Below, piece after piece: positions 59,920 through 64,000 of a stretch of 64,000 bases of DNA; position 1 is the first letter of the stretch, and each line of letters begins with the position of its first letter. The notes beneath the pieces were generated by a model. It did not search any database and was not told the origin of the DNA. It saw nothing but the letters and a program-made list of their open reading frames with translations. Position numbers and translations under genes: made by a program. The stretch covers positions 128,001 through 192,000 of the forward strand of contig CAWHEU010000002.1 of assembly GCA_963828465.1 (NCBI GenBank), written 5' to 3'. Source of the stretch: an uncultured Acidobacteriota bacterium (GTDB lineage Bacteria > Actinomycetota > Acidimicrobiia > Spongiisociales > ZC4RG35).

Positions 59920-60777
59920 TTGGCCGGCCTCCAGAAGAAGAACCTCGACAAGCCGGACGAGCGCGTCCAGTTCGACGGGCTCGAGGCCGACATCGTGCAG
60001 GTGGGCGAGACCTCGATCTCCCGGAATGTGTTTCAACCCGGTGCTCACTGTGCCCTTGGCGGGCGCCGTCTGAGTGGCAACCATCGAGCAAAGGAGAGCT
60101 GTCAGGCCCATCACTCAGGTGTCGTCGTTCAGGGGCGGTTACGGATCGAGATGGACGACGGCTCGGCTATGGATCTGGGGCCTAACGAAGTGTTCGACAT
60201 ACCTCGGGGCCACGACGGTTGGGTGGTGAGCGAAGAGCCCTGGGTCGGCATCAACTGGTCCGGAGTCCGCACCTGGCTTCCTCAGGTCGAGTCCGGCGAC
60301 CGGGTCCTGGCCACCCTTCTCTTCACCGACATCGTGTCTTCTACCGAGAAGGCCGTTCAGTTGGGTGACAGTGCGTGGCGTGATCTCCTGGGCCGACACA
60401 ATCAGGAGGTCAGGGACCAGCTCGATAAGTTTCGAGGACGCGAGGTCACCACGACCGGAGATGGGTTTCTGGCAGTCTTCGACGGGGCGGCCAGGGCCAT
60501 CCATGCAGCGCACGCCATACGTGATCGCGCCCGCGGCCTCGGTCTAGAAATCCGATCCGGGATCCACACCGGTGAGGTCGAGGTGGTGGGCGACGATGTC
60601 AGGGGCGTCGCGGTGCACGAAGCGGCCCGGATCGCAGCGGTGGCTTCACCGGGTGAGATCCTCGTCTCCTCAATGACTCATGACCTGGCTGCCGGCGGCG
60701 AGTTCACCTTCGAGGAGACACCGGGTCGAGAGCTCAAGGGCTTTTCCGGAGCGAGAATCTTGCATACGGTTGTGTAG
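59920..60777 (+). CDS. Cupin-domain plus class III adenylate/guanylate cyclase
   Basis: TACGAT-N7-TTG leaderless start. SCQAHH...HDGWV cupin; FTDIVSST, TGDGF, RSGIHTGE, HEAARI. Confidence 0.88.
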   Translation: MAGLQKKNLDKPDERVQFDGLEADIVQVGETSISRNVFQPGAHCALGGRRLSGNHRAKESCQAHHSGVVVQGRLRIEMDDGSAMDLGPNEVFDIPRGHDGWVVSEEPWVGINWSGVRTWLPQVESGDRVLATLLFTDIVSSTEKAVQLGDSAWRDLLGRHNQEVRDQLDKFRGREVTTTGDGFLAVFDGAARAIHAAHAIRDRARGLGLEIRSGIHTGEVEVVGDDVRGVAVHEAARIAAVASPGEILVSSMTHDLAAGGEFTFEETPGRELKGFSGARILHTVV

Positions 60778-60793
60778 CAAGCCTGTTGTCGAA

Positions 60794-61510
60794 TCAATCG
60801 TGACAAAGCTGGGCGAATCGGCTCGCCTCGAGGCACGACTGCCCGGGGATCACGGCCTTGTCCGGTGGCACGACCATCGTTGTGGTGGTAGTCGGCGGCG
60901 CCGCGGTGGTGGTGGTCGAAGGTGCGGTTGTGGTCGGTGCCGGAGTCGCCGGCTCGCCTCCCTCGTTCGACGGCGGTGCAGTGGTGGCCGGTGAGTCGGT
61001 AGGTGGCGGTGGCGGAGCCGGGGCTTCGGTGGTGGGAGGTGCCTCGGTCGTCGGTGGGGCGGTTTCGCCCTTCTTCATGAACACAACGGTGACGTAAAGG
61101 GATCCATCGCTGCTGGTGTCGGTCCCGACGCCGACGTAGTTGTAATCGCCGAGGATGTTGGCGGCGTGCCCGGAGGAGTTCATGAACGCCGTGTGCAGGG
61201 AGGAGGGCGACTGCCCTCTTCCGACATTCTCACCGACCTGTGACCAGCCACTTCCGGCGGCGGCCGAGAGCTCCCCTGAACTGGAGTGAAAGATGTCACC
61301 CTTGTCGATCATTGCCTGGGTGTGATTCCGGGCATGTGAGCGGAGACCGCCGTCTACTTCGAGGGGCCCCAGTCCGTTGTTGGCGCGGGTCGAGTTGATC
61401 AGGGAGACGAACTCGCTCTCCGTTCCCGAATCAGCGGTTGCGGCGACGCCGAGCGCGGTCGAGATGAATGCGACCAGCAACAGCGAGAGCCAATGCTTTT
61501 TCCCGGGCAT
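60794..61510 (-). CDS. Secreted CAP (SCP) domain protein with a Pro/Thr-rich tail
   Basis: Signal peptide, INSTRANNGL, GENVG, FMNSSGHAANIL, VGVG. Confidence 0.9.
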   Translation of the reverse strand: MPGKKHWLSLLLVAFISTALGVAATADSGTESEFVSLINSTRANNGLGPLEVDGGLRSHARNHTQAMIDKGDIFHSSSGELSAAAGSGWSQVGENVGRGQSPSSLHTAFMNSSGHAANILGDYNYVGVGTDTSSDGSLYVTVVFMKKGETAPPTTEAPPTTEAPAPPPPPTDSPATTAPPSNEGGEPATPAPTTTAPSTTTTAAPPTTTTTMVVPPDKAVIPGQSCLEASRFAQLCHD

Positions 61511-61518
61511 CCTTGGGG

Positions 61519-61546
61519 TTATCGGCCCCGATGCGAAACCCCTTGA
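61519..61546 (-). promoter_or_regulatory. Sigma28 (WhiG/FliA-type) promoter of the CAP gene
   Basis: TCAAG-N15-GCCGATAA ending 8 nt before the ATG. Confidence 0.75.
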
Positions 61547-61573
61547 GTCACCGGACGTACTAAGTAGATCGCC

Positions 61574-62455
61574 TCAGATCCCGAACATGACCTCGCGCAG
61601 GCTGATCACACTTGCCTCGAGCGTCACCGGGTCGAGACGCATCGATCCAAGACGGAGACCCTTCATCCCTTCGCCGGTGTTGGTCATCACCCTGAGCCCG
61701 TCTTCCTCGTTACCGAGGATCCCGAGTCCCAGGCAACCACCGTCCTCGTCCTGTACGCCGACCAGCACATCGTCGAGCCGTCCCAGGTTGAGACCCATCG
61801 GAAGCGTCGGTGCGAAGACCGTGGGCCGGACCTTCCACCGATCGAGTGGCGGAGCCAGCGCCCGGGCAAAGGACTCGGTCCTCCGCTGGGCTCGCTCGTC
61901 AGGGGAGATGGGCATCACATTGGGGTCGGCGGGGGTGACGGTCACCTCCATGCCGAGGAACCGGCGCAGCATCCCGACCACCGGCTCCATCTCACCGCCA
62001 CGTTGCAGGGCAACGACCTTGTCCGGCCGACACAGCTCCGCCTTGTGGTACTTGAGAGTCTCGCCGGCGACCCCGGAAACGACTGCGGTGGTATCGAGGA
62101 TCACGAGGTCGGCCATCCCCCTGGCCACGTCGACCATCGCCGCTGTGGCGACGACCTGTTGCAGGACGAGGCGCGCTGGGGAGATGGTGCCCACGAAGTG
62201 GAGCCGGTCCGGTGTCGCCACGTCATCGAGGTCCTCTGGAGTGCGAAGGATCTTCAACCCGACACACGCCGGGGGCCCGACGGTCGAGTTGCCCACGTCG
62301 GCGTCGACGATCGCCACGGTCCGGCCGGCGCCGAGGGCGAGACGAGCCGCCTGTAGGGCCAGGGTCGTCTTCCCCGTGTCGACGCTGCCCAGGAGCATCG
62401 CCACATTCGCACGGGACACCTCCCGCGCGACTCCGTCGTGGCTCGTCTCAGACAT
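61574..62455 (-). CDS. Clp1/Nol9-family polynucleotide 5'-hydroxyl kinase
   Basis: GSVDTGKTT, DADVGNSTVGPP, FVGTISP, ILDTT, ERAQRR. TATATT-N6-ATG leaderless start. Confidence 0.85.
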   Translation of the reverse strand: MSETSHDGVAREVSRANVAMLLGSVDTGKTTLALQAARLALGAGRTVAIVDADVGNSTVGPPACVGLKILRTPEDLDDVATPDRLHFVGTISPARLVLQQVVATAAMVDVARGMADLVILDTTAVVSGVAGETLKYHKAELCRPDKVVALQRGGEMEPVVGMLRRFLGMEVTVTPADPNVMPISPDERAQRRTESFARALAPPLDRWKVRPTVFAPTLPMGLNLGRLDDVLVGVQDEDGGCLGLGILGNEEDGLRVMTNTGEGMKGLRLGSMRLDPVTLEASVISLREVMFGI

Positions 62456-62476
62456 CGCGGCAATATAGGACCACGC

Positions 62477-63310
62477 ATGACCGACAACGCACTCCCCATC
62501 AGCTTCCTGTCCGACTTCGGTCACTCCGACGAGTTCGTAGGCGTCGTGCATGGGGTGCTGGCCAAGCTGGCGCCGGAGTCACGGGTCATCGATGTCGGCC
62601 ATGGCACTCCGCGGGGTGATGTGAAGGCCGCCGCCCTCAGTCTGACCCGTGCCATCCAGTATCTCCCGGAAGGAGTCGCCCTCGTGGTGGTCGACCCCGG
62701 CGTCGGCTCCGAGCGCAAGGCGCTGGCCCTCGAGACGGACTGGGGTTTCTTCGTTGGTCCGGACAACGGGGTGCTGTCGCCAGCGGTGGCGATGGTGGGC
62801 GGGGCCCGGGTGATGGTCTCGATCGACAATCCCGAGGCGAGGATTCCATCGCCGGGCGAGACCTTTCAAGGCCGAGATGTATTCGCCCCGGCGGCTGCCC
62901 TCCTGGCCTCGGGGGAGGCCGCGATCCAGGATCTCGGTCCCGAGGTGGGTCCCGATGCCGTGCAGCCATTGCTGCTCCCTCTACCGGAGACGCAGGGAAG
63001 CCTGGTTACCGGCGAGGCGTGGTGGGTGGATCGGTTCGGGAACGTTCAGACCAACATCGGTCCCGACGACCTGGCCGCGGTAGGTGTCTCGCCCGGGTCC
63101 GTGTTGACGATGAAGGTGGGCGCCACTCTTCACACGATCACGTGGGCTGTCACCTATTCCGATGTGGAGCCCGGGGAGGCGCTGGTCCATGTCGATTCGG
63201 CCGGGCTGATTGCAATAGCGATTCGGGAGGGCGCAGCCGACGAGGAGTTGAACCTGTCCGCGGGCGTGGCGGTCACCCTGGCTGGGACAGGATCGACGTC
63301 AGCTGGATGA
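62477..63310 (+). CDS. SAM hydroxide adenosyltransferase / chlorinase-fluorinase family (DUF62)
   Basis: LSDFG, VVDPGVGSER, GPDNG, TFQGRDVFAP, VDRFGN. Confidence 0.9.
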   Translation: MTDNALPISFLSDFGHSDEFVGVVHGVLAKLAPESRVIDVGHGTPRGDVKAAALSLTRAIQYLPEGVALVVVDPGVGSERKALALETDWGFFVGPDNGVLSPAVAMVGGARVMVSIDNPEARIPSPGETFQGRDVFAPAAALLASGEAAIQDLGPEVGPDAVQPLLLPLPETQGSLVTGEAWWVDRFGNVQTNIGPDDLAAVGVSPGSVLTMKVGATLHTITWAVTYSDVEPGEALVHVDSAGLIAIAIREGAADEELNLSAGVAVTLAGTGSTSAG

Positions 63311-63374
63311 TGCCGGCGACTGCGATGAGAAGCAGAAGGATGACCAGGACGACGGCGGTGGCGGGTCTCAACAC
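63273..63374 (-). CDS. Putative 33-aa single-pass membrane peptide (below the ORF track cutoff)
   Basis: MLRPATAVVLVILLLLIAVAGIIQLTSILSQPG*. Confidence 0.5.
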   Translation of the reverse strand: MLRPATAVVLVILLLLIAVAGIIQLTSILSQPG

Positions 63375-63405
63375 TCACACGATGGCAGACCACGATCGGC
63401 CGCCG

Positions 63406-63444
63406 AAAAGTGATGAGGCCCCCACGCGTGGCGGGGGCCTCATC
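63406..63444 (-). terminator. Intrinsic terminator
   Basis: 12-bp perfect stem GATGAGGCCCCC/GGGGGCCTCATC, followed on the minus strand by ACTTTT. Confidence 0.75.
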
Positions 63445-63553
63445 TGCACGATTGGAGAGTTCCGTACCGTGGGGCGGGCTGGGAGGCTATCCGTTCACAC
63501 CTTGGACGAACGTGCCCTTGGTATGAGGGGAACGGTTGACCCTCCATCCGTGC
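63406..63553 (-). ncRNA. Candidate ~150-nt sigma28-dependent small RNA
   Basis: Bounded by a sigma28-type promoter and an intrinsic terminator. No convincing ORF. Confidence 0.5.
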
Positions 63554-63560
63554 GTGTCCA

Positions 63561-63588
63561 TTATCGGTCACCCACGGTGGTTACTTGA
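63561..63588 (-). promoter_or_regulatory. Sigma28 (WhiG/FliA-type) promoter
   Basis: TCAAG-N15-ACCGATAA, same geometry as the site at 61519-61546. Confidence 0.68.
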
Positions 63589-63839
63589 ACAATTCAGCCT
63601 TCAGATTCCTGATCAGGGCCGGTTGTCCTCTTTGCGATGAGGCGCGCCCGCTTGTCGAAAAGGCCGTGGCGAGCGTCGGTGGCACGGTCCGCGAGGTCGA
63701 TATCGACACCGACGATGCTCTGACCAGGGAATATGGGTTGCGGGTGCCGGTTCTCCTCGGGCCGGCCGACATCGTGCTGGCCGAGGGGAAGATCGAGGCG
63801 AGGCCTCTACGCAAGGCGTTGCGGAGAATGGCGAACTAG
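63585..63839 (+). CDS. Glutaredoxin-like protein (DUF836)
   Basis: RAGCPLCDEA, EVDID.D, YGLRVPVL. Confidence 0.85.
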   Translation: MNNSAFRFLIRAGCPLCDEARPLVEKAVASVGGTVREVDIDTDDALTREYGLRVPVLLGPADIVLAEGKIEARPLRKALRRMAN

Positions 63840-63861
63840 GGAAAAAAATCCGAAGGTTTGG

Positions 63862-63999
63862 CTACGAGGCCGGTGCAAGGGCGGCCGCGGCGCCGCTCAC
63901 CGTGGTCGTCGTCTCTCCCTCGGCAGGCGCCTCTTCGCCCGGTGTGGTCTCTCCCGGAGCCTCTCCCTCCTCGCCCTCTGCCGGGGCCAGGCCGCAGTC
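63862..63999 (-). CDS. C-terminal acidic low-complexity tail of a gene starting beyond the window
   Basis: DCGLAPAEGEEGEAPGETT...ALAPAS* is open to the window edge. Confidence 0.6.
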   Translation of the reverse strand, partial: DCGLAPAEGEEGEAPGETTPGEEAPAEGETTTTVSGAAAALAPAS

Positions 64000-64000
64000 G

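Noticed and set aside
62477-63310. Fluorinase or chlorinase halogenation cluster
   Set aside because: No biosynthetic context. Most DUF62 proteins are SAM hydrolases.
1-64000. Prophage, IS element, tRNA or rRNA; the many Arg/Pro-rich overlapping ORFs
   Set aside because: No integrase, transposase or structural RNA signatures were seen. The overlapping ORFs are high-GC shadow frames of the called genes.

Overview
A high-GC bacterial chromosomal window, most likely Actinomycetota and probably Acidimicrobiia-like. That call rests on two F420/LLM oxidoreductases, an ECF41 sigma factor, an RsiG homologue, an actinobacterial-type TTGTCCACA DnaA box and many leaderless genes. About 55 CDSs are present: a catabolic island with a Dpp/Opp ABC importer (1-12 kb); two two-component systems with transport and envelope genes (12-26 kb); redox, VOC and ECF41 genes (26-35 kb); class II ribonucleotide reductase nrdJ with NrdR and DnaA boxes; an FGase/DUF1704/GshB-like operon; a DUF4062-cyclase-STAND-TPR protein; an E1 alpha/beta pair; and an end region (55-64 kb) with a ubiquitin-like/membrane fusion, an M23 peptidase, RsiG, asparaginase II, a cupin-cyclase, a CAP protein, a Clp1 kinase and DUF62. 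About a dozen single-base frameshifts in otherwise intact genes look like long-read indel errors. The most notable unannotated signals are in 57-64 kb: (i) two matching sigma28/WhiG-type promoters (TCAAG-N15-(G/A)CCGATAA) near an RsiG anti-sigma gene, one of which drives an apparently non-coding ~150-nt terminated RNA; (ii) a DnaA-box triplet followed by a sigmaA-type promoter and an ~85-nt hairpin sRNA candidate. No rRNA, tRNA, CRISPR array or mobile element was seen. All family calls are by-eye motif recognition; no database search was run.
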